A DNA stretch of 64,000 bases from Candidatus Nanohaloarchaea archaeon (GCA_013343275.1 CP046106.1:352001-416000); one strand, 5' to 3'; numbered from the stretch's first letter, positions 20,574 through 30,220 are shown. The notes: a model not told the origin generated them from the letters alone. Program-made: numbers and translations.

Positions 20574-21698
20574 TCAGCCGATGAGAGATGCGATGTACCC
20601 TGCGGAGATAAATGTCGCTGCGGCGCTGCCGATCGTTACAAAGCCGAAGGTCAGGAGTATCCTCCCCATCTGGTTGTTCCATAGCTCTCTGTAACTCTCG
20701 ATCTTCGAGACATCTTCCAGTTCTTCCACGGTTGGAGGGTGGAGCTTGGCCTCTGCATAGGATGCAACCATACCCGCCCCAAGAGCAGGATCAAGCGAGG
20801 TGAGAGGAGCAGCAAGGAAGGAAACTATCCATGTAGAGACATGTGATCGAGCTATTATCGCTCCCAGCATTGCAAGTATACCATTGGAGAGAATCCAGAA
20901 CTTAGTAGCTGATACACCGGTAGCGAAACCTATCTGAAAGAAGCTGTAGGCAAGTCCTGCTATAATAAATGCCGGTACTCCATAACTCAGGGCCTTCATC
21001 CACGGGAAGCCTTTGACATCAGGGAAGTCTGTGTCTCTACTTTCTTTCTTCAGCTCCTCTATCAGGCCTTCCATGTGTGCTGCGCCGACCACTACAACTG
21101 CGGAGTCAAAGTCCTCCTCCAGTATTTTCTTTGCCATATACGTGTTTCTCTCATTCAGGAACACTCTGGAGAGCTCGGGGAACTCCTCTTCCAGCTGCTG
21201 CACCAGCGTGTTGATTAGATTGTCTTCCTTCAGTTCCTCAACTTCCATCTCCTCGCCGGAGACCATGAGTGAGGCCGCCAGCTTCATCTTATCCCATAAG
21301 CTGAGAGAACTGATCGCTCTGTTCAGAGTAACGTTGATATCCTGATCAACCAGTGCATAGTCAAGGCCTTCATCCTCTGCAGTTTTAACGGCCTCAAGAA
21401 GTTCCTCTCCAGGTTTCATTCCCTGTTCCAGTCCTAGCTGTCTCTGATAGATTGAAAGTATAAGGTTTAACAGCAGAAGTTTTCCGTTGCCTTCTCTTAT
21501 GGCCTCAGTTACATCCAGGTCACGCCATCCTGAATCCTCTCTAAGAGATTTCAACCTGTTCTCATCCAGCTCTACACATACAGTGTCCGGTCTCTCCTCT
21601 TCGATAGTTTTTCTGACCTCTTCCTTGCTCTCCTGGGACACGTGTGCGGTACCGACTACCGTGATCTCTCTGTCATCTAGCTGGATTTTCTTCTTCAT
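20574..21698 (-). CDS. TraB/PrgY/GumN-family protein
   Basis: VGTAHVS, VCVELD..R, ERNTYMA, VVGAAH; C-terminal TM segments. Confidence 0.9.
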   Translation of the reverse strand: MKKKIQLDDREITVVGTAHVSQESKEEVRKTIEEERPDTVCVELDENRLKSLREDSGWRDLDVTEAIREGNGKLLLLNLILSIYQRQLGLEQGMKPGEELLEAVKTAEDEGLDYALVDQDINVTLNRAISSLSLWDKMKLAASLMVSGEEMEVEELKEDNLINTLVQQLEEEFPELSRVFLNERNTYMAKKILEEDFDSAVVVVGAAHMEGLIEELKKESRDTDFPDVKGFPWMKALSYGVPAFIIAGLAYSFFQIGFATGVSATKFWILSNGILAMLGAIIARSHVSTWIVSFLAAPLTSLDPALGAGMVASYAEAKLHPPTVEELEDVSKIESYRELWNNQMGRILLTFGFVTIGSAAATFISAGYIASLIG

Positions 21699-21722
21699 TA
21701 AAACAGGAAAGCGGACTGAAGA

Positions 21723-22253
21723 TTATTTAAACTGCTGCAACTCCTGGAAATCCTTTTCCACGAGTTCACCGAACTCAAGCTCACGCCAGAAAAAGTACGG
21801 TTCATCACCGAGCAATATACTGAAGTAGAGGCCGTGACCTACCACGAGAACCCTTTCATACTCCATATCCTCAAGTTTCTCAATAAAGGTTCTAATCCTG
21901 TTTTTAACCTCTGATTTCGGCTCCCAGGCCGTTTTTGGGAAGTCATTCTGCAGGTATGTCTTGGCAGTCTCCACGTACTCAGAATGATCTTCAATAAAAC
22001 CTCTACGAGATCTATCTACTTCACGCAGCTCCTCCATAGGTACAACTTCCTCTCCTGTCTGCTCTAGAATCTTTTCCGCAGTATTTCGGGCCTTTGGCTC
22101 CGGACTTGTCAGTATCGCTTCGACATCAGGGATATCTCTATCCAGGAACTCCTGTAGCTGGTTCATTCCTTCTTCCGAGAGCGTCCACTCTGAGACCGGA
22201 GTGTCGGGATCTACCTCTGTCTGGAAATGCCGGAGGAAGAATACTTTCTGCAT
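21723..22253 (-). CDS. Histidine phosphatase superfamily protein
   Basis: FLRH, TSPEPKARNTA, LRE, VVGHG. Confidence 0.85.
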   Translation of the reverse strand: MQKVFFLRHFQTEVDPDTPVSEWTLSEEGMNQLQEFLDRDIPDVEAILTSPEPKARNTAEKILEQTGEEVVPMEELREVDRSRRGFIEDHSEYVETAKTYLQNDFPKTAWEPKSEVKNRIRTFIEKLEDMEYERVLVVGHGLYFSILLGDEPYFFWRELEFGELVEKDFQELQQFK

Positions 22254-22281
22254 AAAGAGACGTTAGTCATTGCAGGTATAT

Positions 22282-23310
22282 TTATCTTCTCAATTTCTTA
22301 CCGAATGCGTTCCAGGCCGGTAGGATGAATGCTCCAATACCTATCACCATGATCACTGCCTGAGCCATAGCACCTACTACAGGTATCAGGTCAAGGAACA
22401 GCCAGAGAAGGACTCCGAGAAACATGGCCAGGTAGTCATGCTGCGACTGCTCTGTAGCTATTGCCCTCTTCATAATACTGTAAGGGCCATAGAACGTTCC
22501 GAGCAGAAGAAGCACGATAAATACAATACCTATGAGAGCTGCCAGAGGAAGACCTACAAATGTGAATGCCAGAACTAGAGCTGCTGCAGGCAGAAATATT
22601 AGGGAAGCTAGACCCAGAAATGCAGAAGCAGCAGTCCGTCCCCGGAAACTTTCATCAACTCTACGGGCATAGGCAGGAGCCAGAGCTATCAGTACAAGGC
22701 CTGCTGCCATCCGTATAACAGCTGTTACTGCCTCAGTAACTATATCTGTGAATTCACTGGATATATCGAGTTCTCTACTATCTATTTTCTTTCTGAGAAT
22801 CTTGCCTGTGACATTGGCCTGTTTTTCGAAGGTATCGGCGTCATAGATAAGCGTTCCGTTGACTCTGGCCAGAGAATCGATTACAAGTCTTTCAGAATCT
22901 ACAGTGGAGTTCTGTACTGATCCGTTGATGTGTGCGTTCTGTGCAACCACTTTCAGAGATCCGTTTATAGCGCCTGTGTGCCTAAGTGAGAAAGATTCTG
23001 CATATATTTCTGCGTTACCTTCTACAGCTCCCCATATTTCAACCTGGCTGGCGTATACAGTTAAATCGCCCTTTACCGGTCCTTTAACTTTCACAGTATT
23101 GGCAAACAGCGTTAGATTTCCTCCGGCCCTCTCCACGATCACGTCTTTGCCGAAGACTGTGGTACTGGTATTGGTGTCTACACGAATATCATCTCCGAAA
23201 ACAGTCTCAGCTGCGGCTGCAGGCGTCAGAACCAGCATTAGTAATGATAAAGCCAGGAGAACAGAGATTTTGCTCTTTGAAAACATAATACCTGTAACCT
23301 TTTCCGACAT
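22282..23310 (-). CDS. Membrane protein with bactofilin-like beta-helix ectodomain
   Basis: Signal peptide, repeated V.G.V.GDL/NA motifs, C-terminal TM bundle; start uncertain (23310 or 23286). Confidence 0.7.
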   Translation of the reverse strand: MSEKVTGIMFSKSKISVLLALSLLMLVLTPAAAAETVFGDDIRVDTNTSTTVFGKDVIVERAGGNLTLFANTVKVKGPVKGDLTVYASQVEIWGAVEGNAEIYAESFSLRHTGAINGSLKVVAQNAHINGSVQNSTVDSERLVIDSLARVNGTLIYDADTFEKQANVTGKILRKKIDSRELDISSEFTDIVTEAVTAVIRMAAGLVLIALAPAYARRVDESFRGRTAASAFLGLASLIFLPAAALVLAFTFVGLPLAALIGIVFIVLLLLGTFYGPYSIMKRAIATEQSQHDYLAMFLGVLLWLFLDLIPVVGAMAQAVIMVIGIGAFILPAWNAFGKKLRR

Positions 23311-23376
23311 TAAGATATCTTTCGGTTCTGCCGAGATAGTTGATTTTTTGTAGTTTGTGTGGCAAAAACCAGTTAT

Positions 23377-23742
23377 ATGAACTTGGAGAAGCTTATACCC
23401 GACAATTACGGACAACTGGAAAACGATGACCTCGCTCTTTCAGAAGGACGAATCCGGAGAATCATTCGTGAAGGAATGGACGAGGAACAAACTCTTGACG
23501 GCGATGTACCTCACGTAATCAACTGCGTCCTCTCAAGAATGCTTGACGAGATAACAGAAAAAACACTTGAAGAAGGCGAGATGATGGCAAAAATCAAGGA
23601 GGCGCACCTTCGATCCGCACTGAGAGATCTGGAGATAGAGGAAGAGTATTCTGCCAGAAGCGAGGCCTTTATCGACCAGCTCCGAAGCATCTCAGAGGAA
23701 ATGGAGAGAACAGCCGAGAAACTGGAGCAGAAGCAGAATTAA
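23377..23742 (+). CDS. Histone-fold protein with C-terminal coiled-coil extension
   Basis: LSEGRIRRIIRE (alpha1), DGDVPHVINCVLSRMLDEITEKT (alpha2), KIKEAHLRSAL (L2-alpha3), then a heptad-rich acidic helix. Confidence 0.6.
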   Translation: MNLEKLIPDNYGQLENDDLALSEGRIRRIIREGMDEEQTLDGDVPHVINCVLSRMLDEITEKTLEEGEMMAKIKEAHLRSALRDLEIEEEYSARSEAFIDQLRSISEEMERTAEKLEQKQN

Positions 23743-23795
23743 GGCCAAGCTATAAAATCTTCAGGCCAGTAATACAGGACTAGGTGAAAAATTCA

Positions 23796-24035
23796 ATGGC
23801 AGACGTAAAATATCTCGACTGGTCTACTCTTGCACTGGTAGTAATCGGCGCCCTTAACTGGGGTCTTGTAGGATTAGGGATGCTGACAGGTGCAGACAGA
23901 GAAGCGTACAACCTGGTCAATCTGATCTTCGGGGGAGTAGCCGGTGGACAGCTCGAAGCAGCAGTCTACCTACTAGTAGGACTGGCAGGACTTTACCAGA
24001 TCTACTTCGGCTACGAGCTCTACGAAGAAAAGTAA
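23796..24035 (+). CDS. DUF378-family small membrane protein
   Basis: LVVIGALNWGLVG...YLLVGLAGLY; AGGTGA SD upstream. Confidence 0.85.
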   Translation: MADVKYLDWSTLALVVIGALNWGLVGLGMLTGADREAYNLVNLIFGGVAGGQLEAAVYLLVGLAGLYQIYFGYELYEEK

Positions 24036-24039
24036 AAAA

Positions 24040-24267
24040 TCAATCCGTATTTTCCTCTTCTTTATTCTCAACTTCCTCAACGCCGCCTAAATCATCTACA
24101 TCACCAAGGCCTTCAGTCAAATCCTGCGTTGATTCCATCAAATCACTCATCTGATCCTCCATCATACCGAGCTGCTGCCTCATCTTCCACCTCAGATAAA
24201 GCAGAGCTCCTCCAAGGCCTACAAAAATACCGACAAAGACACCAGCTACAAAGATCATCCAGTTCAT
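24040..24267 (-). CDS. Small single-TM protein with acidic tail
   Basis: MNWMIFVAGVFVGIFVGLGG followed by acidic helix. Confidence 0.7.
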   Translation of the reverse strand: MNWMIFVAGVFVGIFVGLGGALLYLRWKMRQQLGMMEDQMSDLMESTQDLTEGLGDVDDLGGVEEVENKEEENTD

Positions 24268-24395
24268 AACTACAAGCTTGGAGAAGCAGAAATTAAAAAC
24301 TGCTTGATGGACTCTGGAGGTTAGAAAATCAGATGAGTTTTTTGGCATGAAAGCGATGCAGGGCATGGCTTATGATGATCAAACTTTCAGAAGTT

Positions 24396-24555
24396 TGGAC
24401 TCTGTGGGATTTGAACCCACGGCCTCCTGCTATTTCAGGCCTTTACACTGATCAAGGTTCCTACATAATCCATGCGAAGCATGGTTTGTTGCGTGCCGCA
24501 CTCAGCGTAACGAGGCGTGCGAAGCCGGCGTTCCGCCAAGCTGAACTAAGAGCCC
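24396..24555 (-). tRNA. tRNA-Ala(CGC) with 86-nt intron at 37/38 (intron 24432-24517)
   Basis: Acceptor GGGCTCT/AGAGTCC-A with G3:U70; D and T arms identical to the tRNA at 25992; anticodon loop TT-CGC-A; BHB-like central helix TTCG/TGAA; G29-A41 mismatch in the anticodon stem. Confidence 0.8.
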
Positions 24556-24612
24556 TTTCAGTCCAGGTTTCTTCTGGAAATTATTAAGTAGCTACTGTTG
24601 GAGTATACTTGT

Positions 24613-25032
24613 ATGAACGCCCTCGATAACATCCGCGACAATATTACTGATGAATCAGCGGCATACGGGTATACGCTGAGCATCTGGGGTTCAGGAGCCC
24701 TTCTGCTAAACAAATATTCTATGGATCCTGGCGCCATATTGGCTTTCGTCTTCGGGGGCGTAATAGGCTTCGCTTTACTCGCTGCCATCAGCTTTAGAGG
24801 GCTCTTCGAAGAGGTAGAGTCGCCAGATGTAGACCATATAGCCGCCTCGATGATCCATATTTTTGCCTCTCTAGGTAGTGTGCTGATAACATATCTAGTT
24901 ATAACAAGTGTAGAGAACTTCTCAAAACCACTAGTCTTCCTGATAGGAGCTCATGTAACATTCACATACAATCTGCTCCTGGTTCTGGAAGAATTAGTTT
25001 CAGAAGACATTTACCGGCTAGAGAATCAGTAA
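24613..25032 (+). CDS. Hypothetical membrane protein
   Basis: ESAAYGYTLSIWGSGALL; four hydrophobic segments. Confidence 0.75.
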   Translation: MNALDNIRDNITDESAAYGYTLSIWGSGALLLNKYSMDPGAILAFVFGGVIGFALLAAISFRGLFEEVESPDVDHIAASMIHIFASLGSVLITYLVITSVENFSKPLVFLIGAHVTFTYNLLLVLEELVSEDIYRLENQ

Positions 25033-25033
25033 A

Positions 25034-25204
25034 ATGAATAAGAAATTTTTGAAAGCTGTACTGGCCTTCGTTGCAGTTAATTTAACCGGCATTGGCGCTG
25101 CGGCATTCATAGCAAGGCATGATATAGGTGCAGCACTGCTCACATTAGCTGTTTTCCTGATTGGTGGTCCTGCGCTCGTCTTTGATCGTTTCTTTACACA
25201 GTAG
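25034..25204 (+). CDS. 56-aa two-TM membrane microprotein (not in the ORF track)
   Basis: MNKKFLKAVLAFVAVNLTGIGAAAFIARHDIGAALLTLAVFLIGGPALVFDRFFTQ; starts 1 nt after the previous stop. Confidence 0.65.
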   Translation: MNKKFLKAVLAFVAVNLTGIGAAAFIARHDIGAALLTLAVFLIGGPALVFDRFFTQ

Positions 25205-25586
25205 CGAACTCGTAATCTTCCTCATACTTCAGGAATCCTGTAACGGCCCCTGCCAGCACACTTGAGACCAGAACGTATGCTGATGCAAATACAAACATCT
25301 TCATGGTTGTATCGAAAGGTGCAAAGCCTATTGCAGAACTGAAGATACCTTCTGTAGGGAACACAGAGCCATAGTATAGATTAATTACTCCGAAGAAAAG
25401 TAGTGTAAACCCTATGATGGAGCCTGTTAAGAGGCCTTCTTTACCATTCTTAGCCAGTAGAAAAGCTGCTACAGCGGCACCAGCTACTGTGGAGATTAAC
25501 TGTAAAGCTGGCAGAAAGACTGATCCTGCGAGAGCAACTGCAAGGCCCGCAAATATCCCTACCTCAAGACCTCTTTCCTCGAACAT
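25194..25586 (-). CDS. Hypothetical membrane protein
   Basis: Four hydrophobic segments. Confidence 0.7.
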   Translation of the reverse strand: MFEERGLEVGIFAGLAVALAGSVFLPALQLISTVAGAAVAAFLLAKNGKEGLLTGSIIGFTLLFFGVINLYYGSVFPTEGIFSSAIGFAPFDTTMKMFVFASAYVLVSSVLAGAVTGFLKYEEDYEFATV

Positions 25587-25744
25587 GGATGAGTTATACC
25601 GAGGCTAGTTAATAGGGTTTGTCCCGTAAATACCTAGACCGAGATATTCTAACTCCAAACACCTCTTCTAGAAAGCTATAAAAGGCCTGTCCCGGCCTAA
25701 ACAGAGTTTCTTCTTTTTAAGGGTTAATCCGTTGAGAGTCCTAC

Positions 25745-25978
25745 ATGGCCTCAAAATCAGCTGTTGACAGGTTTGCTGCAGCCTTCGTCCAGATACACCT
25801 AGCCTCAATTCTTGCAGGTATAATAGCAAATAGGACATCTGGAACTCTACACGGCCTCGCAACCTACCTGTTCTCAATACACCTCTTAGCTGGTCTGATC
25901 TACATATTCAATGTCAAAAGCAGCAGGGCTCTAAAAGAACTGGCTGTCAAAATGCTGGCTGAAATGAAAGAACAGTAA
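25745..25978 (+). CDS. Hypothetical small membrane protein
   Basis: Two hydrophobic segments; fills the gap before the tRNA. Confidence 0.5.
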   Translation: MASKSAVDRFAAAFVQIHLASILAGIIANRTSGTLHGLATYLFSIHLLAGLIYIFNVKSSRALKELAVKMLAEMKEQ

Positions 25979-25991
25979 GTAGAGAAAGACT

Positions 25992-26065
25992 TGGACTCTG
26001 TGGGATTTGAACCCACGGCCTCTTCCCTGCCAAGGAAGCGTTCCGCCAAGCTGAACTAAGAGCCC
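25992..26065 (-). tRNA. tRNA-Ala(GGC), intronless, CCA not encoded
   Basis: GGGCTCT TA GTTC AGCTTGGCG GAAC G CTTCC TTGGCAG GGAAG AGGCC GTGGG TTCAAAT CCCAC AGAGTCC A; G3:U70. Confidence 0.96.
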
Positions 26066-26127
26066 GTTGCTGTAAAGAGAAACTGGAGGGCAGAATTTTT
26101 TAAATTAGAGTGAAGGGACGTGAACTT

Positions 26128-26886
26128 TTAGAAAACGTACGGCCCTTGCTGCCTGATTGCTTGGTTGTGTGGTTTACCCTGTACAGCGACTATCCTGAGT
26201 TCTTGACCTGCAATGTCTACTTTATCGGCTTTTTCGATTGTAAGTACGTCTCCCTCTCCAAAGGCCTGATCTTTTACCTTTCCGCTGCCTTTAACCCCGA
26301 AGAGAAATCCTTGCCATCCCTCCCTGATTTCCCAGCTCCATTCTCCACTGATCTCTACATCCAGATACTGCATCTCGGTTTGAAGTGTTATAGGCGATCC
26401 TTCTCCGATTACAGTAGTAATTTCTGCGTCTTCAGTTTCTGATGTCGGTAACTCGCTTTTCTCAGCGTCCTGATAGCCGGCTTCGATCTCTTTTTTATCT
26501 CGTGGCAGATTCACCCAGAGCTGAAGGCCGTTACAGGACTTATCATTTGCTGGAAATTCGGAGTGTCTTATTCCACTGCCGGTAGTTATCCTCATGACTT
26601 CCCCTTCGCTGGCCGTGTTTTTGACTCCTAGAGAGTCTTCATGGGCCATTCCTCCTTCGATCATGTAGGATACTATTTCGAAGCCTTTATGCGGATGCAT
26701 AGGAAATCCTTTATCCTCGTCTATGTAGAAACGCTCGAACAACACGAAAGGATCTAAACTACTGCTGTAATTGCTCGTTGGGAATGCACGTCTAGAGTTA
26801 ACGCCAGTACCGTGTTTAACCATTTCGCCTTCAACCAGACGGCCTTCAAACTGTTGATTGCTTTGAGTTTCTTTTTCCTCTGTCAT
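26128..26886 (-). CDS. Pirin-family protein
   Basis: DPFVLF, GFPMHPHKGFE, HEDSLG, GSGIRHSE, LQLWVNLP, GPYV. Confidence 0.93.
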   Translation of the reverse strand: MTEEKETQSNQQFEGRLVEGEMVKHGTGVNSRRAFPTSNYSSSLDPFVLFERFYIDEDKGFPMHPHKGFEIVSYMIEGGMAHEDSLGVKNTASEGEVMRITTGSGIRHSEFPANDKSCNGLQLWVNLPRDKKEIEAGYQDAEKSELPTSETEDAEITTVIGEGSPITLQTEMQYLDVEISGEWSWEIREGWQGFLFGVKGSGKVKDQAFGEGDVLTIEKADKVDIAGQELRIVAVQGKPHNQAIRQQGPYVF

Positions 26887-26961
26887 AGTAGAAAACCGGA
26901 GATCAAAACTTAAACAGAGACAGGTAACACTCATGCAACCTACTGGCTAAGAAAAAAGAAT

Positions 26962-27588
26962 TTACTCTACAAGAGTTATTTCCTCAACTTCCTCTACTCC
27001 CCCTTCATCTCCAATCGTTACTGAGAAGGCCTTTCCTGTTGATTCTGCTGCTGCATTGAGCACTTTTGTACCCATAAGTTCTCTTTCGCCGAAGTCTTCG
27101 TGTACATGGCCGTTGGCCCATAGTGCCGGTTTCTGCTTCAGGATTAGTTCTCTGAACTCTCCGAATCCGATTCTGTCTCCTGAGTGGATTCTGTCACCTA
27201 CTTTCAGTGGAGGATAGTGTGAGCCTACAATTACTTTCGAGGAGTCGCCGTGTTCTTCAATTATGTCAGTTACCTGCTCTTTGATGTCGTCAGGGAAGTC
27301 TCCGCCGATCAGGATCACGAGGTATTCTTCGTCGACATCAGCTTCAAGGAAGTGGAATACCGGCGCTTTATCCAGCATCTCCTCATCGTCAAAGAGGTCT
27401 CTGTTACCAGTACAGCCCAGGCCCGGAATCTCGATCCTGTCAAAGAGGTCCTCTGCGTACTCCGGCTCGATAAAGTCTCCTAGGTTCAAGTATAGATCGT
27501 AATCTCCTGAATTAGCTTCTTCGATAGCTGCCTCCTTCAGGTCCTCTTTTGCGTGAAAATCGCTGGTAACAAGTAGCTTCAGGCCCAT
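26962..27588 (-). CDS. Calcineurin-like metallophosphoesterase (Icc-related)
   Basis: SDFH, LGD, GNRD, SHYPP, GHVHE. Confidence 0.88.
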   Translation of the reverse strand: MGLKLLVTSDFHAKEDLKEAAIEEANSGDYDLYLNLGDFIEPEYAEDLFDRIEIPGLGCTGNRDLFDDEEMLDKAPVFHFLEADVDEEYLVILIGGDFPDDIKEQVTDIIEEHGDSSKVIVGSHYPPLKVGDRIHSGDRIGFGEFRELILKQKPALWANGHVHEDFGERELMGTKVLNAAAESTGKAFSVTIGDEGGVEEVEEITLVE

Positions 27589-27694
27589 AGAGAGAAAGAA
27601 GTTGATTCAATCTTTTAAGTATTCTCAACCTCTTCCAGACAAAGTTTATTTACAGCGCCAGTTCAAAACCTGTAACAGGTGTTTTTCTAAAACA

Positions 27695-28414
27695 ATGAAA
27701 GCTATCAAAGCAGAAGGCCTCTCCAAAAGTTTTGGAAGTGTTGAGGCCCTAAAGAGCCTTGATCTAGAGGTTGAGGAAGGAGAACTCTATGGTTTTATCG
27801 GGCCGAACGGAGCTGGAAAATCTACTACCATCAATATTTTGACAGGACAGTTATCTGCGGACTCCGGTTCTGCGGAGGTTCTGGGTGTTGATCCTCAGAA
27901 GCATCCGAGAACTGTTAGGGAGAAGATAGGTATCCTGCCTGAGAGGGAGGATCCGCCAAGTTTTCTGACTCCCAGAGAGTACTTCCAGTTTGTGGGGGAG
28001 ATAAGAAATATTGAGGTAGCTGAAAAAGTTGATGAATGGGCTGAGAGACTGAAGTTTGAGGAGAAGCTTGATACATTGAATATGGATCTCTCGAAAGGAG
28101 AGAAACAGAAAGTTATGGTTGCCCAGGCCTTCATTCACGAGCCTGATCTCGTCTTCATTGATGAGCCTCTGACTAACCTGGATCCTCTGGTTCAGGAGAA
28201 CGTCAAGAGCTTCTTCCAGGAGTACCAGGAGAAAGGCAACACTATCTTCCTATCTACTCACGTACTGAGCCTGGCGCAAGAAGTATGCACAAAGATAGGA
28301 GTGCTTGACGAAGGAGAGCTAATCAGCGAGCACGATATCGAGGAGGTAGGAGAGCTGACAGAGGAGTTCCTTGACGAGGTGGAAGGATTTGAGTCTGCTC
28401 AGAGAAATGATTAA
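27695..28414 (+). CDS. ABC-2 type ATP-binding protein
   Basis: GPNGAGKST, LSKGEKQK, FIDEP, STH. Confidence 0.93.
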   Translation: MKAIKAEGLSKSFGSVEALKSLDLEVEEGELYGFIGPNGAGKSTTINILTGQLSADSGSAEVLGVDPQKHPRTVREKIGILPEREDPPSFLTPREYFQFVGEIRNIEVAEKVDEWAERLKFEEKLDTLNMDLSKGEKQKVMVAQAFIHEPDLVFIDEPLTNLDPLVQENVKSFFQEYQEKGNTIFLSTHVLSLAQEVCTKIGVLDEGELISEHDIEEVGELTEEFLDEVEGFESAQRND

Positions 28415-29786
28415 AGAAGAATGGAGGATGCATTCCGAACTGTTCGGAGGCCGTAACTTCGCTCTATTCCCTGTAGTAATATTTGCGGCCTCAGCTTTCC
28501 TGGTAGCGTCTTCCTTTGTAACAGGATTCACAGTAGGTCAGATAGAGTCAGGGATTCTGGCATTGCTCTTCTTCCTCGGACTCAACGTCGGCTCAATAGG
28601 GTTTATCAGCAAGGATAGAGCTGCCAATCTCATAGGAGAGAATAACCTGCTTATATACTCGTCCAGGACACTTCCTATACAGCAGAGAAAGATTGTATCC
28701 ACATTCATACTGAAAGACCTGATCTACTACGCTGGACTGTTTGTAGCACCTCTATCACTGGGGCTTGTTGCTATTAACTACTTTACACCCTACAGCTTTC
28801 TGAGTATTGCTACAGCATGGGTTGCAGGCTCAGGGATGTTTATGCTTGGTGTATCGATCAGCCTGGCCTTTGCATCACTCTACAACCTGGGCAAGGAGTA
28901 CCTGGCAGGATTTACTCTTCCGCTCGCAGCTGTAATCTACTATGCTGATGTAGGCCTTCTGGAGCTTACACCGGTAGCCTTCTTCAACAACCCGGGAATT
29001 GGAAGCTTTATTGCAGGATTCCTACCATTTACAGTTCTCGCTCTCTACAGCGTGGCAATCTTCAAACCTTCACCCGGCAGGAAAAGCCGGACCAGCGATG
29101 CCAAGTTCATCGAGGTAAGAAACTGGCTGGATTTCGATGACACAGGGATAGTAGCCAAGTCAGTACTTCAGTTACTCAGAAGCAGCGGCGGCATAATCAA
29201 AATTTTCTTCTCCTACGGCCTGATCTTCAGTTTCTATGTATTCATGATGAGTCAGATCCCATTCCTGACCGCCGGGACAGCAGCACCAGGCCTTATCGCA
29301 GCACTTATCCTGTCGATCGCATCCCTCTCAACATACAACTGGATTACCTTGAACGACAGGCCTTCCAGCTACCTGAAATTCCCTATAGAGATGCATGAAG
29401 TATTTGACAAAAAGCTAAGCCTGTATCTGGTAGTATCGGTTCCGGTTTCCTGGGTATTCATGGCTGTAAACACCAATCTTTACGGGCCTACAGGAGGGAT
29501 TATCGGAGCACTAAGCCTTCCATCGATCTCGGTATATCTTGTCGGGGTTGCCGCATACCTTTCAGGACTTGAACCTAACGAGATGCTGTTCGGTGCCCGG
29601 AAATTCACTATATTCATGTTCAGCGCTGGCACAGTACTGGTGCCTATGTTTGTAGCAGGGCTGATGTACAGTTACGCTCCAATGGCTATCTCTGTAGGTT
29701 TCCTGCTGTTTTCAATGGTTATGGGGCTTGCAGGATTCCATATTTTCCATGAAGCAGCTCGTAAATGGGAGAGAAAGAACAAGTAA
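28371..29786 (+). CDS. ABC-2 type permease
   Basis: About 12 TM segments; overlaps the ATPase gene; start uncertain. Confidence 0.8.
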   Translation: MTRWKDLSLLREMIKEEWRMHSELFGGRNFALFPVVIFAASAFLVASSFVTGFTVGQIESGILALLFFLGLNVGSIGFISKDRAANLIGENNLLIYSSRTLPIQQRKIVSTFILKDLIYYAGLFVAPLSLGLVAINYFTPYSFLSIATAWVAGSGMFMLGVSISLAFASLYNLGKEYLAGFTLPLAAVIYYADVGLLELTPVAFFNNPGIGSFIAGFLPFTVLALYSVAIFKPSPGRKSRTSDAKFIEVRNWLDFDDTGIVAKSVLQLLRSSGGIIKIFFSYGLIFSFYVFMMSQIPFLTAGTAAPGLIAALILSIASLSTYNWITLNDRPSSYLKFPIEMHEVFDKKLSLYLVVSVPVSWVFMAVNTNLYGPTGGIIGALSLPSISVYLVGVAAYLSGLEPNEMLFGARKFTIFMFSAGTVLVPMFVAGLMYSYAPMAISVGFLLFSMVMGLAGFHIFHEAARKWERKNK

Positions 29787-29831
29787 AAAATTTGGAGAAG
29801 GCGGGGCCTTTCTTTTCCCTTTAATTTCTTC

Positions 29832-30164
29832 TTATTCATCAAAGTCGTCGAAGTTCTTGAAGGAGTCTACACCGTAGGCCACTGTTGATGCTGCTCTTAC
29901 TTCTGCAGCGATCTGTACCGCATCTGCTACCTCTTCCCTATCTGCACCGTGCCTGATTGCCTTCTTGCTGTGGGCATCGATACAGTAGTCACATTTTATG
30001 GCAGATGCTACGGCCAGCATCATCAACTCCCGTGTCTTATCATCGAAGCTAGTGCTGTCTTCAACCTCATTCTGCCACTCTGTAAACTTCCGGCCTCTCT
30101 CACCGGATGCCTCTTTGTACTCCTTCGCAGCCTCTTTATGGTCATGGTCAATCAGATCTGACAT
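29832..30164 (-). CDS. Carboxymuconolactone decarboxylase / AhpD-like protein
   Basis: KTRELMMLAVASAIKCDYCIDAH...GADREE. Confidence 0.9.
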   Translation of the reverse strand: MSDLIDHDHKEAAKEYKEASGERGRKFTEWQNEVEDSTSFDDKTRELMMLAVASAIKCDYCIDAHSKKAIRHGADREEVADAVQIAAEVRAASTVAYGVDSFKNFDDFDE

Positions 30165-30220
30165 ACCTGAGATTTCGAATTGCCTGAATATTAAACCATT
30201 TGCCGACTAAAAGCAAGACA

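Noticed and set aside
24330-24396. ATGATGA (box C-like) and a small hairpin beside the tRNA
   Set aside because: No suitably placed box D; the hairpin is more simply a terminator-side feature
24432-24517. tmRNA-like reading of the tRNA-Ala insert (Ala identity plus open frame GCA ACA AAC...TAG)
   Set aside because: An intact D arm, a cognate CGC anticodon and BHB-like splice geometry favour an intron; no pseudoknots or SmpB evidence
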